Notes under the pieces: model-generated
The model's input: only the letters and a program-made list of their open reading frames with translations
Told to the model about the DNA's origin: nothing
The model's database searches: none
Made by a program: the position numbers and the translations under genes
Shown: in pieces, positions 10,860-22,164 of the stretch
How positions within the stretch are numbered: position 1 is the stretch's first letter
Layout: each line of letters opens with the position of its first letter
DNA from: Nitrospinaceae bacterium
GTDB taxonomy: Bacteria; Nitrospinota; Nitrospinia; Nitrospinales; Nitrospinaceae
Direction: 5' to 3'
Length of the DNA: 64,000 nucleotides
Assembly: GCA_965223665.1 (NCBI GenBank)
Contig: OZ245011.1
Span: 1,312,001-1,376,000, forward strand

Positions 10860-12551
10860 ATGTCCGAAATAAGTAAAAAAGGCTTAAACCAAAAAAGTCG
10901 AATGATCACTGAAGGCGATAAACGATCCCCCAATCGCGCAATGCTCCGTGCGGTGGGGTTTACTGATGATGATTTTGGAAAGCCTATTATCGGCATCGCG
11001 AATGGACAGAGCAATATTACTCCATGTAACGCAGGTTTAGGCCGTCTTGCAGATATAGCTTCTTCACAAATCACACAAAGTGGAGGAATGCCTCAAGTTT
11101 TTGGGACCATCACTATCAGCGACGGTATTTCAATGGGAACTGAGGGAATGAAATGTTCTTTGGTTAGTCGAGAGGTCATTGCGGATTCCATCGAAACCGT
11201 TTGCCGCGGTGCAGCCATGGATGCCGTAATTTGCATAGGTGGCTGTGATAAAAACATGCCTGGAGCCATGATCGCTATGGCTCGATTAAACATTCCTGGA
11301 ATTTTTATTTATGGGGGAACTATAAAACCCGGGCATTTGGAAGGAAAAGATCTTACTGTTGTTAGCGCTTTTGAAGCAGTGGGACAATACAGTGGGGGCA
11401 CCATTGATAAAAACGAACTAACTGATATTGAAAAAAATGCTTGCCCGGGTTATGGATCCTGTGGAGGTATGTTTACTGCAAATACAATGTCTTCCGCATT
11501 TGAAGCCTTGGGAATGAGTCTTCCATATAGTTCCACCATGGCAAACGAGGATAAAGAAAAAGAATTAAGCACTCAAGAGTGTTCTAAGGTTATTTTTAAT
11601 TTATTGGAAAAAAATATTCTACCTAAAGATATTATTACAAGAAAATCTTTAGAAAATGCAATTGCGGTTGTTATGGCAGTAGGTGGTTCTACTAATGCTG
11701 TTTTACATATGTTGGCCATTGCTCATAGTATGGGCATTGATCTTTCAATTGATGACTTTGAAAATATACGAAAAAAAATTCCTGTTTTTTGTGATTTAAA
11801 ACCCTCAGGGAAATATGTAACGGTTGATTTACATCAAGCAGGCGGCATTCCTCAAGTAATGAAAGTACTATTGAACGCAGGTTTGATTCATGGAGACTGT
11901 ATCACCTGCACAGGAAAAACTGTTGCTGAAAACCTGGAATCTATTCCCGATCAACCCAATTCAAATCAGGATGTTATTTTGCCACTTGAAAATCCCAAAA
12001 GCAAAGAAGGTCATCTTGTAATCCTCAAAGGGAACCTTTCCCCGGAGGGTTGTGTTGCTAAAGTATCGGGGATTAAAACAAGCCGTATTGAAGGTCCTGC
12101 AAGAATATTCAATTCGGAAGAAGAATGTTTAGACGCTATTATCGATGACAAAATCCAGGCAGGAGACATTGTGGTAATCCGTTATGAAGGCCCTCAAGGA
12201 GGACCAGGGATGAGAGAAATGTTAGCTCCCACCTCTGCAATTGTGGGAAAGGGATTAGGAGAAAAAGTCGGCTTAATTACAGATGGCCGATTTTCTGGAG
12301 GTACCTTTGGCTTAGTAGTGGGGCATGTGGCTCCAGAAGCTCAAGTCGGCGGAACCATCGCTTTATTAAAAGAAGGCGACCCCATCACTATTGATGTTAA
12401 TCAAAATTTGATCCAAGTCAACTTAAGCGAAGAAGAATTAAATCAAAGAAAAAAAACTTGGAAAGCTCCAGCAATTAAATATCAATCAGGTGTATTGTCT
12501 AAATATGCTAAGTTAGTTTCTACTGCTTCAAGGGGAGCTGTAACGGATTAA
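10860..12551 (+). CDS. ilvD: Dihydroxy-acid dehydratase
   Basis: [46 protein letters not shown]; start set at the ATG after AAAGGA (track start 10806). Confidence 0.96.
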   Translation: MSEISKKGLNQKSRMITEGDKRSPNRAMLRAVGFTDDDFGKPIIGIANGQSNITPCNAGLGRLADIASSQITQSGGMPQVFGTITISDGISMGTEGMKCSLVSREVIADSIETVCRGAAMDAVICIGGCDKNMPGAMIAMARLNIPGIFIYGGTIKPGHLEGKDLTVVSAFEAVGQYSGGTIDKNELTDIEKNACPGYGSCGGMFTANTMSSAFEALGMSLPYSSTMANEDKEKELSTQECSKVIFNLLEKNILPKDIITRKSLENAIAVVMAVGGSTNAVLHMLAIAHSMGIDLSIDDFENIRKKIPVFCDLKPSGKYVTVDLHQAGGIPQVMKVLLNAGLIHGDCITCTGKTVAENLESIPDQPNSNQDVILPLENPKSKEGHLVILKGNLSPEGCVAKVSGIKTSRIEGPARIFNSEEECLDAIIDDKIQAGDIVVIRYEGPQGGPGMREMLAPTSAIVGKGLGEKVGLITDGRFSGGTFGLVVGHVAPEAQVGGTIALLKEGDPITIDVNQNLIQVNLSEEELNQRKKTWKAPAIKYQSGVLSKYAKLVSTASRGAVTD

Positions 12552-12569
12552 TTTGCTTCAAAATGAATT

Positions 12570-13502
12570 ATGATTGAAAATCAAGAGTTACCGAAACAGC
12601 TCCTGGCAGGCCCCAATAAAGTCAATTTATATTATCTACATCAATTATTCCAGGTATCGGCAAATATGGTGAGCCAGTCTTTAAATGAAAGTCATGGCTG
12701 GGAAATTCCCATATCGGCGGGTATGTGGGGAGGGTCTTATCTAGTAGCAAATCACTTGGGAATTTCTCGCACCAACGTGGTAAGACTTTATTCAATTGTG
12801 AATCTGCCACAAAACACGCCATTAGACGATTCTAAAAATTTTGAACACTTGATGCAAATATACCAAACCACGTTTCAAAATAACTTCAATAGCTATGGAT
12901 TAAAATTAGTGGATCCGCATTGGGGAGAAAGAGTTCCATATTCAAATAATGCTCGGCCTACCACCACTCTCCAATTATGGGATGCTACCAACCGTGTCAA
13001 GTTTGTTCGAGCATTTTTCGTTTGGAATCAAGCTTCCTGGGCAGAGTCTATCATTTATGATTCCATAAGAAACATAAAGCAGATCAAAGAACTTTTAGAT
13101 ATCAATCATCGCCCTCCTAAAAAAGATTCACAAGAACTAAAGTTTATGCTGCAAGATACTCTAATAATTTACTTCACCCTTAAACCTGCATTGAACCCGG
13201 ATTTTATTGAGCACGCTGAACCCATTGTAAAAGAGTTATTTAATCACTTTATTTCCGGTCTTCATGATCCTGAAATTATTGAAGAACAATATCATAAAGT
13301 TTTTAGAAATGCCCTGGTCTATGGCTATGAAGAGGCGCTGGAAGCACCCTATAAAAAATATAATCTAGATATCCACAACTATGAAAACTGGCCCGCCGAA
13401 AAAATTAATTGGGTTCCCCCAGAATTAAAGAAAGAATTAATACCCTATTTGGAAGGAACTTTTGAAACTATTGGACAAAAATTAAAGCAGGAAGAAAATT
13501 AA
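12570..13502 (+). CDS. Hypothetical cytoplasmic protein
   Basis: 310-aa ORF directly after ilvD; no family recognised. Confidence 0.75.
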   Translation: MIENQELPKQLLAGPNKVNLYYLHQLFQVSANMVSQSLNESHGWEIPISAGMWGGSYLVANHLGISRTNVVRLYSIVNLPQNTPLDDSKNFEHLMQIYQTTFQNNFNSYGLKLVDPHWGERVPYSNNARPTTTLQLWDATNRVKFVRAFFVWNQASWAESIIYDSIRNIKQIKELLDINHRPPKKDSQELKFMLQDTLIIYFTLKPALNPDFIEHAEPIVKELFNHFISGLHDPEIIEEQYHKVFRNALVYGYEEALEAPYKKYNLDIHNYENWPAEKINWVPPELKKELIPYLEGTFETIGQKLKQEEN

Positions 13503-13511
13503 AAAGGGCTA

Positions 13512-14315
13512 TTAAAATTGAAGAAGAATCCAACCGGCAATCCCTTTTTGCCCGTTAGTTTCTCGATTGCCACCATTCCACGCAGCAATAGCCATTGGAG
13601 TGGATCCCAAAAACTGCACATCTAAATCATCTTTGTTAGTCAGTTGTCTTTTAAAAACTACTTGCCAGCCTTTTTTTGTTCGCAAGCCTTTACCCGAAAC
13701 ATGCTGACTTTTTTGCTGAGTGAGAGTACTAAACCCCTCCGCGTTTAAATCTTCTACAGGAGAAAAATTAATTGACTTATTATCTGATGAACTCGAATTT
13801 TTCTTAAGCAGGTTATCCACCTTCCTTTGATGCACAGCTCGCCATTGCCAAATATTCACTTCTTCGGTTCCACTTCCCATGGTAATCGGAGGAATCTCTC
13901 GGTCTCTTCGCAAAGGAAACATAACTGCAATTTGGTCTGTATATAATTGAGTACTGGCTAGGCCATCATCCACAGAGTTGTCCTCCCATTCTAGCCGAAT
14001 TGCCAATTCCGAATCAGTTCTTGCTACACTCATCTGAACTTTTTTGATAGAAGGGTTGGGCCATTGTGGATTGGTAATTAATTGCGGGCCTAATTCTATT
14101 TGATGTTTTTGAGGTCCTTTAGGAGAAACCCAAAATGAAGCCTCAGGTGAAAGAGGGATCACCCCCTTAAATGGCGTCACATTAACTGATAAAATACATT
14201 CTCCATTCTCTTCACAATTTTCAAAAGAGGAATTCGATTGGCTGCAACCCATACCATATAAAATTAATAGGGAAAATCCAATACACAATATTCTCTGAAC
14301 AATATATCTTCTCAT
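13512..14315 (-). CDS. Ethylbenzene-dehydrogenase-gamma-like (EB_dh) heme b protein, NxrC-like candidate, probable lipoprotein
   Basis: RLEWED, DQIAVMFP, PPITMG, VNIWQW, EDLNAEGFSTLT, WQVVFKRQL, AAWNGGNRETNGQK; hydrophobic N-terminus ending GMGC. Confidence 0.8.
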   Translation of the reverse strand: MRRYIVQRILCIGFSLLILYGMGCSQSNSSFENCEENGECILSVNVTPFKGVIPLSPEASFWVSPKGPQKHQIELGPQLITNPQWPNPSIKKVQMSVARTDSELAIRLEWEDNSVDDGLASTQLYTDQIAVMFPLRRDREIPPITMGSGTEEVNIWQWRAVHQRKVDNLLKKNSSSSDNKSINFSPVEDLNAEGFSTLTQQKSQHVSGKGLRTKKGWQVVFKRQLTNKDDLDVQFLGSTPMAIAAWNGGNRETNGQKGIAGWILLQF

Positions 14316-14345
14316 TTAAAAAATATCAGCAATTCGTTGGATAAA

Positions 14346-15665
14346 TTAAAAGGATTTTGCTAAAGATTCAATATCTCTTTTTAATTCTGGTGTACAAGGA
14401 CCTACCAAAACAATGGACATTTTATGGGGAACAAAAATCTCTGTCGCAACCCGTCGTATGTCTTCCAGGGTCACCTTGTAAATCAATCTTCGCTCTTCTT
14501 CGAGCGAAATTTCTTTTGAATAAAGCTGAGCAAATCCAAACCGAATGATCTGTTTATAAGGGTCATCCAAGTCTAAATCCAAATCAAAACTATATCTTTT
14601 TTTTACATGCTCTAATTCTTCCTGCAAGGGACCTTCATCAAGGAATATTTTTATTTCATCCAGTATTACTTTTGTGACCTCCAAAACTTTTTCTAAGCGT
14701 GCAGAAACATCAAAGTCAAACGTGCCAGTATCGGATAAACTTGTCGCCCGGCATTCACAGGAATAAACCAATCCCTTATCTTCTCTAAGAGCCCTTTGCA
14801 ATCTCGAAACCACTCCATCATCGAATATACGACTAATAAGAGCCACTGCAAAATAATCTGGGTCATTATATGAAACAGCTCGATAACATATTTGAACTTG
14901 GACCTGACTATCAGGGTTGTCCACAAAAAGACACTCGGGTTTTTGTTGGTCCTCTTTTACCGAGTTCAAAAAGTAATTCTTGGATATCAAGCGCCCCTTT
15001 CTTTGAAACCCTGAAAAGAAATCTCGCGTATATTGTTGAAACAATTCATGAACAATACGACCTGCACCAACAAATACCATATTTTCGGGATGATATAATT
15101 CATGAAAATATTTTTTTAAAGTTTCTTCATTGATAGATTGAATGGTTTGCTCCGTACCGATCGTGGGCCAGGCCAAAGGATTTCCAGGATATAACAAATG
15201 ACATGCCTGGTTATTTATATCAATATTTTCTCCATTTTCGTTGAGGTCCTCCAGACATTCTTCTAAAATGATCCCGCGTTCCAGTTCTATTGAAGGGAAG
15301 GTCGGCTCGGCAAAAAAATCTGCAAACAACTCAACAGACCGCTCCAACTCATCACATTGAGGGCTAAAACCATAATAAGTATATTCGCTAAGAGTCGAAG
15401 CTCGAAAATCACGTCCAATTTTTTCAAACTCTTTATTGAGAGCAATTGAATCAGGATATTTCTTATTTCCGCGGAATAACATATGCTCTAGAAAATGGGA
15501 AATCCCATTATTCATTTCATTTTCAAAACGCAAACCTGCTCGGACAAACATCGCTAATTCTGTAGAGTGGATGTGGGGCATTTCTATGGTTATTACTTTC
15601 AAACCATTGGAAAGTGTGTCTTCATATGTTTTAATGCCGACTTCAGGAGTAAGGTTCACATCCAT
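14346..15665 (-). CDS. M16 (pitrilysin) family zinc peptidase
   Basis: Inverted zinc motif GISHFLEHMLFRG; LSNGLKV; LREDKGLVYS. Confidence 0.92.
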   Translation of the reverse strand: MDVNLTPEVGIKTYEDTLSNGLKVITIEMPHIHSTELAMFVRAGLRFENEMNNGISHFLEHMLFRGNKKYPDSIALNKEFEKIGRDFRASTLSEYTYYGFSPQCDELERSVELFADFFAEPTFPSIELERGIILEECLEDLNENGENIDINNQACHLLYPGNPLAWPTIGTEQTIQSINEETLKKYFHELYHPENMVFVGAGRIVHELFQQYTRDFFSGFQRKGRLISKNYFLNSVKEDQQKPECLFVDNPDSQVQVQICYRAVSYNDPDYFAVALISRIFDDGVVSRLQRALREDKGLVYSCECRATSLSDTGTFDFDVSARLEKVLEVTKVILDEIKIFLDEGPLQEELEHVKKRYSFDLDLDLDDPYKQIIRFGFAQLYSKEISLEEERRLIYKVTLEDIRRVATEIFVPHKMSIVLVGPCTPELKRDIESLAKSF

Positions 15666-15736
15666 TTAAAATACCTCAAAATTTAAAGGGCGTTAGTATC
15701 TCATAATTTCTGGAAGGTTGTTTTAATTAAAATGCT

Positions 15737-16381
15737 ATGAATCATCATAATTGGAGTGAGTCCGATTATCAACGGGCAAAAGAATATATTTCAAGACAAG
15801 AAGAGGGAACTCAAACTTCCCCCTTATGGGACTGCGGAAATAATTTATTTATCATCATTCCAAAGGGGCTACCTGCCTTAGGCATAAGGTTTCATGGCTT
15901 ATTCATGCTTACACCCCTACCCTTAATAATGAGTGCTCTTGTATTTTTTCCTATTTATGGTTTCCTAAATGATTGGAAACTTTCTTTTACCACCCTTGCT
16001 ATTACTCTGGGATGCGCGTTGTTTTTTTTCGGACTTACCCGTGTAATTATTCTAATGGCAAAAAACCGGGAATTATTTCCAAGACAATATTTCATTACAG
16101 TTAGCCCTAACGGTGTCGCTATGCATTTCAATGGTTTCCATTTCCCGTTCAGAGAATCTAGGACATCGCTTCTCTGGAAAAACGTTATTAATATTCTCCA
16201 AAATAATGAGTTCTTTTTACCAGGCTTATTGTTAGGAAAATTAGTTATTAAAACTGTCAAGATAATTGGAGAAGAAAATAAGTCAATTATCATTCCTTTT
16301 TATTTAAATGGAAACCAGCAACAGGCTGAATTAGAAAAGATCAAATCCTTTTTAGATAATTATCTTGAAAACCAAGAATAA
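15737..16381 (+). CDS. Hypothetical membrane protein (2 TM plus soluble C-terminal domain)
   Basis: Two hydrophobic segments at about aa 55-105. Confidence 0.7.
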   Translation: MNHHNWSESDYQRAKEYISRQEEGTQTSPLWDCGNNLFIIIPKGLPALGIRFHGLFMLTPLPLIMSALVFFPIYGFLNDWKLSFTTLAITLGCALFFFGLTRVIILMAKNRELFPRQYFITVSPNGVAMHFNGFHFPFRESRTSLLWKNVINILQNNEFFLPGLLLGKLVIKTVKIIGEENKSIIIPFYLNGNQQQAELEKIKSFLDNYLENQE

Positions 16382-16449
16382 AACCACAAGCCCAAAATAG
16401 TTGAATAACCGTCTCAAATTTTTAATAGAAAACAGAGCTTTTTGAATTA

Positions 16450-19400
16450 TTATTCGAAATGGATCGAGTCTTCCCCTAACAGGGCCTCAATCTGTTGAAT
16501 CACCTCGTCACAAGGTTTAACCTTTAAACTAGCTTCCAGAGTTCTTATTTTATTTTTTCTTTCCGGAAAAACAAAATGAACCAGCAGAGAATTTTCCCCT
16601 TTATGACTTTCAAGAATACTTTTGATTGACAACATCGTTTCTCTTTCAAGTCCTGGAGTTCTAATATTAATGTGAATTTTTCCTTTCCAATGATCTTTTG
16701 CTTCTGCTAGAGGAAAAATTTCTTTTGCAATTAATTTAGGAACACTATCCACTGAGTCCACAGTTCCTTTGACTAATATAGGTTCTTCTTTTTCTAATAA
16801 CCCCATACAAGACTGGTAGATTTCAGGCCAAAGTGTAACTTCCATGGTACCTTGAAGGTCCTCCAGGGTTACTAAAGCCATCTTGTCTCCCTTTCGCGTG
16901 ATTTTAGTAATTACCTTAATGGGCACCCCTGCCATATTTACATTTTTACCGTTATCTTCTTCAGAAATCCCTGCAGAATTTTTATCAGTAAACCAAATGA
17001 TATCTTTTTCATACCTTCTCAAAGGATGCCCTGAAACATAAAAACCGATTGTCTCCTTTTCAAAACGTAGACGATCATAATCGCTCCACTCCTTAACATC
17101 CTTAAAATTTTGTGATCCATTATCATCCATCGCATCCTTTTCAAACAGATCGAACATACTGGACTGGCCTAATTGCTGATCTCTTTGTCTTGCTTGACCT
17201 TGATCAATAAAACCCTGCAAATTTTCTATCATCCAGGCTCGGTTGTCACCAAAGCTATCGCAAGCCCCACTTTTCACCAGACTTTCAATCACCCTCTTGT
17301 TCACTAAGCGCAGATCCACATGCTCACAAAATTGTTTAAGAGAAGAAAATCCATTTAGAGAATTACGGGTTTCGATAATCGAATCCACAGCTGAAAATCC
17401 CACATTTTTAATAGCGCCTAAACCAAAGACTAATTTGTCTTCAGAAATGGAAAAATCTCTTTCACTGACATTCACATCAGGAGGCATAATAGTTATTCCC
17501 ATTTCGCGACAGTCATTTATGTAACGAATAACCTTATCGGAGTTATCCATTTCACTTGTTATTAAAGCTCCAAAAAATGGTAAGGGATAATGAGTCTTTA
17601 AGTACGCGGTCTGATAAGAGATTAAGGCATAGGCCGCGCTATGAGATTTATTAAACCCATAACCAGCAAATTTTTCCATGAGATTAAAAATCTTTTCTGC
17701 TTTTTTTTCGGGAATTTTATTGTGCTTAGCGCCAACATTAAATTTCTCTCTTTGCTGAGCCATTTCTTCAGGCTTCTTTTTTCCCATTGCTCGGCGCAGC
17801 AAATCTGCATCTCCCAAAGTAAAACCGGCAAGGACATTTGCAATTTTCATTACTTGTTCTTGATAAAGAATGACCCCATGCGTTTCTTGAAGGATTTCTT
17901 TTAATTGTGGAAGGTCGTAACTCTCTTCCATAGTCCCATGCTTGCGCTTGACATAATCATCAATCATTCCACTTTCTAATGGCCCGGGTCGGAATAAAGC
18001 TAATAGAGCAATAATATCTTCAAAACTATCCGGCTTCATTTTTTTTAGCAAATCTCGCATTCCAGAACTTTCCAATTGAAAAACTCCACGAGTTTTTGCT
18101 TCACTCAACAATTTAAATGTAGCCGCATCATCTTTGGGGATAGCATTAATGTTTAAATTTTCCCCCAATGAAGACTTTATCAATTTAAGCGTATTATGAA
18201 TTACCGTTAAAGTGCGCAAGCCCAAAAAATCCATTTTTAAGAGCCCCAGTTTCTCAATATGATTCATTGAAAACTGTGTCACGATTTCATCATTTCCGCC
18301 TTTATAAAGTGGCAAGAACTCAGTAAGTGGCTTTGGAGATATCACAACTCCCGCGGCATGGGTAGAGCAGTGGCGTGGTAAACCTTCCAGGTTTAACGCT
18401 ATCTCCATTAGTTCACTGACGTTCTCATTTTGTTTCTTAAGTTCTTTGAATCTAGGTTCTTCCTTAAGGGCATCCTTCAAAGTGATGTTCAACCGATTGG
18501 GAACCAATTTGGCAATTTTATCCACTTCGCCATAACTCATTCCCAAAACACGACCGACATCGCGAATCACTCCCTTAGCATTCATACTTCCAAAAGTTAT
18601 AATCTGAGAAACAAACTCGTTTCCTCCATATTTTTCGGAAACATGTTTTATGACCTCATCTCGCCCCTCAATACAAAAATCAATATCGATATCCGGCATA
18701 CTCACCCGCTCAGGATTGAGAAACCGTTCAAAGATCAACCCATATTGAATAGGATCCAAATCGGTAATTTTTAAAGCATAAGCCACTAAACTACCTGCTG
18801 CCGAACCTCGCCCAGGCCCTACAGGAATATTTTGCTCCCGGGCGTAATGAATAAAATCCCAAACAATTAAGAAGTACCCCGGGTACCCCATTTTCTTCAT
18901 TATTTGCAACTCTTCATTTAACCTTTCCTTATAAAGAGCTTGATCCACTTCTTTTCCTAACTTTTCAAATTCCTCAAAACGGTCTTGCAAACCCGCCTTG
19001 GAGCGATCTTCAAGATAAGTGGAAAGAGTAAATGATTCTGGAACTGGATATTCAGGAAGGTTGATTTTCTCGAAATCCATTTCTAAATTGCATTGTTCAG
19101 CGATCTTAATGGTATTTTTTATAGCCTCTGGAACATGGCGAAATAGGTGAGACATCTCCTCAGGAGATTTGAAATAATACTCATCAGAGTGATACTTCAT
19201 ACGATAGGGATCATCCATTGTTTTCCCGGTTTGCAAACAAAGTAAAATTTCATGAGCCCGGAAATCTTCTTTATTTAAATAGTGACAGTTATTTGTGGCA
19301 ACAACCGGGAGGTCTAATTTTTTCCCAATCTCAATGACTTCTTGATTTATCTTTTTTTGCCAATCCTGATTATGGTCCTGTAATTCTAAATAATAATTTC

Positions 19401-19917
19401 CTTTGCCCATAATCTCGGAGTATTGTTGAGCTACTTTTAGAGCACGTGGAATATTTTCTTTTCCCACATTGTGAGCTAATTCTCCACGGTTACAGCAACT
19501 CAATGCTATTAGCCCCTTTGAATGCTCCGCTAACAAATCCTTGTCGATCCGGGGCTTATAATAAAATCCTTCTAAATAACCTTTGGTGACTAATGTTAAA
19601 AGATTTCTATAACCATCCTCATTTTTGGCCAGCAATATTAAGTGGTAAGAAGCATCTCTTAATCCATGGTTCGTGTCTTTTTGTAATCGGCTTTCCGGAG
19701 CAACATACACTTCACAGCCTATTATGGGTTTCAGACCATGTTTTTTTGCTCCAGTAAAAAATTCAATTGCACCAAATAGGTTTCCATGGTCAGTCATTGC
19801 TACCGCTGGCATTTTATATTCGGCCGCACGCTTAAATAAGGCTTCATGCCGGAGTGAGGAATCCAGCAAACTAAAATGTGTATGAACGTGTAAATGGACG
19901 AAATCAGAATGTCGCAT
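16450..19917 (-). CDS. dnaE: DNA polymerase III alpha subunit
   Basis: PHP domain FVHLHVHTHFSLLD, GPGRGSAAGS, PDIDIDF, FAGYGFNKSHSAAY. Confidence 0.98.
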   Translation of the reverse strand: MRHSDFVHLHVHTHFSLLDSSLRHEALFKRAAEYKMPAVAMTDHGNLFGAIEFFTGAKKHGLKPIIGCEVYVAPESRLQKDTNHGLRDASYHLILLAKNEDGYRNLLTLVTKGYLEGFYYKPRIDKDLLAEHSKGLIALSCCNRGELAHNVGKENIPRALKVAQQYSEIMGKGNYYLELQDHNQDWQKKINQEVIEIGKKLDLPVVATNNCHYLNKEDFRAHEILLCLQTGKTMDDPYRMKYHSDEYYFKSPEEMSHLFRHVPEAIKNTIKIAEQCNLEMDFEKINLPEYPVPESFTLSTYLEDRSKAGLQDRFEEFEKLGKEVDQALYKERLNEELQIMKKMGYPGYFLIVWDFIHYAREQNIPVGPGRGSAAGSLVAYALKITDLDPIQYGLIFERFLNPERVSMPDIDIDFCIEGRDEVIKHVSEKYGGNEFVSQIITFGSMNAKGVIRDVGRVLGMSYGEVDKIAKLVPNRLNITLKDALKEEPRFKELKKQNENVSELMEIALNLEGLPRHCSTHAAGVVISPKPLTEFLPLYKGGNDEIVTQFSMNHIEKLGLLKMDFLGLRTLTVIHNTLKLIKSSLGENLNINAIPKDDAATFKLLSEAKTRGVFQLESSGMRDLLKKMKPDSFEDIIALLALFRPGPLESGMIDDYVKRKHGTMEESYDLPQLKEILQETHGVILYQEQVMKIANVLAGFTLGDADLLRRAMGKKKPEEMAQQREKFNVGAKHNKIPEKKAEKIFNLMEKFAGYGFNKSHSAAYALISYQTAYLKTHYPLPFFGALITSEMDNSDKVIRYINDCREMGITIMPPDVNVSERDFSISEDKLVFGLGAIKNVGFSAVDSIIETRNSLNGFSSLKQFCEHVDLRLVNKRVIESLVKSGACDSFGDNRAWMIENLQGFIDQGQARQRDQQLGQSSMFDLFEKDAMDDNGSQNFKDVKEWSDYDRLRFEKETIGFYVSGHPLRRYEKDIIWFTDKNSAGISEEDNGKNVNMAGVPIKVITKITRKGDKMALVTLEDLQGTMEVTLWPEIYQSCMGLLEKEEPILVKGTVDSVDSVPKLIAKEIFPLAEAKDHWKGKIHINIRTPGLERETMLSIKSILESHKGENSLLVHFVFPERKNKIRTLEASLKVKPCDEVIQQIEALLGEDSIHFE

Positions 19918-19997
19918 GGTGTGTAGCTTAAAAGTTGGTTAGGCCCTAATCATACATGAGACCTAAAGGAAGAAAAAAACATTTTTTAAAACTTAGA

Positions 19998-21110
19998 TTA
20001 TTTTATGGCTTGATCGACAGGAACATATTTTTTTCCAAGGGCTTCCGCAACAGCAGGATGAGTTACTTTTCCTAAATAAAGATTCAAACCATAACGAAGA
20101 GGAATATTATCTTCAAGTGCTTTTTTTAACCCCTTTGCCGCTAATTCACGAGCATAAGGCAAAGTTGCGTTGGTTAACGCATAGGTTGAAGTTCTCGCTA
20201 GTGCTCCTGGCATATTTGCCACACAATAATGAATAACTCCCTCTTCCTCAAAAATGGGATCACTATGAGTTGTTGGACGGGACGTTTCTAAAATACCCCC
20301 TTGATCAATTCCAACATCTACCACTACCGATCCTGGCATCATTTGCTTAAGCATTTTTCGAGTGATTAGTTTTGGAGCACGTGCACCTGTCAAAAGAACC
20401 GCTCCAATTACAATATCAGCAGTCTTTACATAATCCAATATGTTTAACCTATTAGACATGATAGTAACCACCCGCCCATTAAAAATATCATCAATATAAC
20501 GTAATCGATCCAAATTGATATCCAGCAAGGTGACTTTGGCACCTGTACCCACGGCCATTTTAGCGGCATTCATTCCAACAATACCGCCCCCTATAATTAC
20601 CACATGGCCCGGGTCCACTCCCGGAACACCCCCCAGCAAAATACCGCGGCCTCCATTCTCCCTTTCAAGATATTTCGCTCCCTCATTCACAGACATTCGC
20701 CCGGCAACTTCACTCATAGGAATTAATAAAGGCAAAGCTCCATCGTCTGTTTCAACTGTTTCATAGGCAACACCAGCAACTTTTCTCTCTAATAACGAAT
20801 CAGCAAGGTCAGGGGCCGGCGCAAGGTGAAGATAAGTATATAAAATTTGGCCTTCTTGTAATTTATCAAATTCCTCGGGGAGAGGTTCTTTTACTTTAAT
20901 GATCATTCCACTTTTATCGAAAACCTCATTACAGGACACAATTTTTGCACCCGCCTGCTCGAATTGCTCATCCTGTATACCACTTCCCACACCTGAAGAA
21001 TTTTCAATTAAAACCGTGTGGCCATCTGCGACCAGTTCTGCTACCCCTGCAGGTGTTATGGATACGCGATATTCATCTGCTTTAACTTCTTTGGGAATTC
21101 CAATAATCAT
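19998..21110 (-). CDS. ald: Alanine dehydrogenase
   Basis: IGIPKEVK, KVKEP, PMSEVAGR, GGGIVG, DQGG, HYCVANMPGA. Confidence 0.96.
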   Translation of the reverse strand: MIIGIPKEVKADEYRVSITPAGVAELVADGHTVLIENSSGVGSGIQDEQFEQAGAKIVSCNEVFDKSGMIIKVKEPLPEEFDKLQEGQILYTYLHLAPAPDLADSLLERKVAGVAYETVETDDGALPLLIPMSEVAGRMSVNEGAKYLERENGGRGILLGGVPGVDPGHVVIIGGGIVGMNAAKMAVGTGAKVTLLDINLDRLRYIDDIFNGRVVTIMSNRLNILDYVKTADIVIGAVLLTGARAPKLITRKMLKQMMPGSVVVDVGIDQGGILETSRPTTHSDPIFEEEGVIHYCVANMPGALARTSTYALTNATLPYARELAAKGLKKALEDNIPLRYGLNLYLGKVTHPAVAEALGKKYVPVDQAIK

Positions 21111-21227
21111 ATTTATTTTTCCTTTTCCAAACGAAACCTCTGATTTGATCTTTATATTAAAATCCTATAGATTATAAGACCATAATACTAGAAATAATAC
21201 GTCAATTTATTTTAGCGAGGAATTTCA

Positions 21228-22031
21228 TTGACCAAGGCCACACACCCTACAAATGAACTCTTTAATTCTCAGTTTTCTCAAGAAAGTCATTTACTGGATC
21301 TGGAGGATAAAAACATCGGAATCGAGGAGTTGAAAATGCTGCAAAACTGGGAAGACCTCTTAAAAGTAGAAAAACTTTATCTAAGTAACAATCAGCTAGG
21401 TGATTCTGAAATAGAGACCTTGAAAGGATTGCCGGGAAATTTCAAGTCTCTCTATTTAAACCATAATATGCTTGGTGATGCCTCAGCAGAGGCCTTAGCA
21501 AAATCAGAATATTCTAAAAACCTGACTTGTCTAATGTTAGAAGCAAATAATATAGGTCCTAATGGGGCTGAGGCTTTGGCCAGCTCTAAGAATTTCCCTA
21601 ACTTAGAAGAAATATTTTTAGATTTTAACCCCATTGGTCCAGAAGGAACTGAAGCAATCGCCAATTCATCTAACTTTCCAAAACTTAAAGCTCTCCATTT
21701 AGACAGTACTCAACTTGGGGATAAGGGTGTTATTGCCATTGCTAATTCTAAACAGTTGACAGGACTGGAACGCCTTTATCTTTGCTCCAACGGAATTGGT
21801 AACGAAGGGATGAAGGCACTTTGCAATTCTGAAAACTTGAAAACCCTTCGTGTGTTAAGTATTTGGCGAAATGAAATTCGTGATGAAGGTGGTGAAGCCT
21901 TAATGAATTCTCAAACTTTTGGAAATCTAGAACGACTTTATATGAGCTTAAATTTTATTGAACGCCCGGTGAGAAAAAAATTCCGAGGGTCGGACTTAGC
22001 TAAAAAGCTCATCACCCTGGTAATGGATTAG
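21228..22031 (+). CDS. Leucine-rich repeat protein (ribonuclease-inhibitor/GALA-like repeats)
   Basis: Tandem ~28-aa repeats of type LxxLxLxxNxIGxxGAxALAxS. Confidence 0.88.
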   Translation: MTKATHPTNELFNSQFSQESHLLDLEDKNIGIEELKMLQNWEDLLKVEKLYLSNNQLGDSEIETLKGLPGNFKSLYLNHNMLGDASAEALAKSEYSKNLTCLMLEANNIGPNGAEALASSKNFPNLEEIFLDFNPIGPEGTEAIANSSNFPKLKALHLDSTQLGDKGVIAIANSKQLTGLERLYLCSNGIGNEGMKALCNSENLKTLRVLSIWRNEIRDEGGEALMNSQTFGNLERLYMSLNFIERPVRKKFRGSDLAKKLITLVMD

Positions 22032-22040
22032 GAGAATGCA

Positions 22041-22154
22041 ATGAGTTATAAATTTACCTACGGGAAATTTTTTAATATATTCTTTCATATTGGCGTCATC
22101 TTCAATGTCATTTTGGTTATCTGGCTTTATCTTGTATTTTTTGATGTAATCTAA
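22041..22154 (+). CDS. Small single-TM protein (37 aa), not in ORF track
   Basis: AGGAG at 22030-22034, ATG 22041, MSYKFTYGKFFNIFFHIGVIFNVILVIWLYLVFFDVI, TAA 22152-22154; fills the gap between two + strand genes. Confidence 0.6.
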   Translation: MSYKFTYGKFFNIFFHIGVIFNVILVIWLYLVFFDVI

Positions 22155-22164
22155 TTTATGGCAA

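Noticed and set aside
16450-19917. Intein in dnaE
   Set aside because: Length (1155 aa) and motif continuity are those of an uninterrupted DnaE
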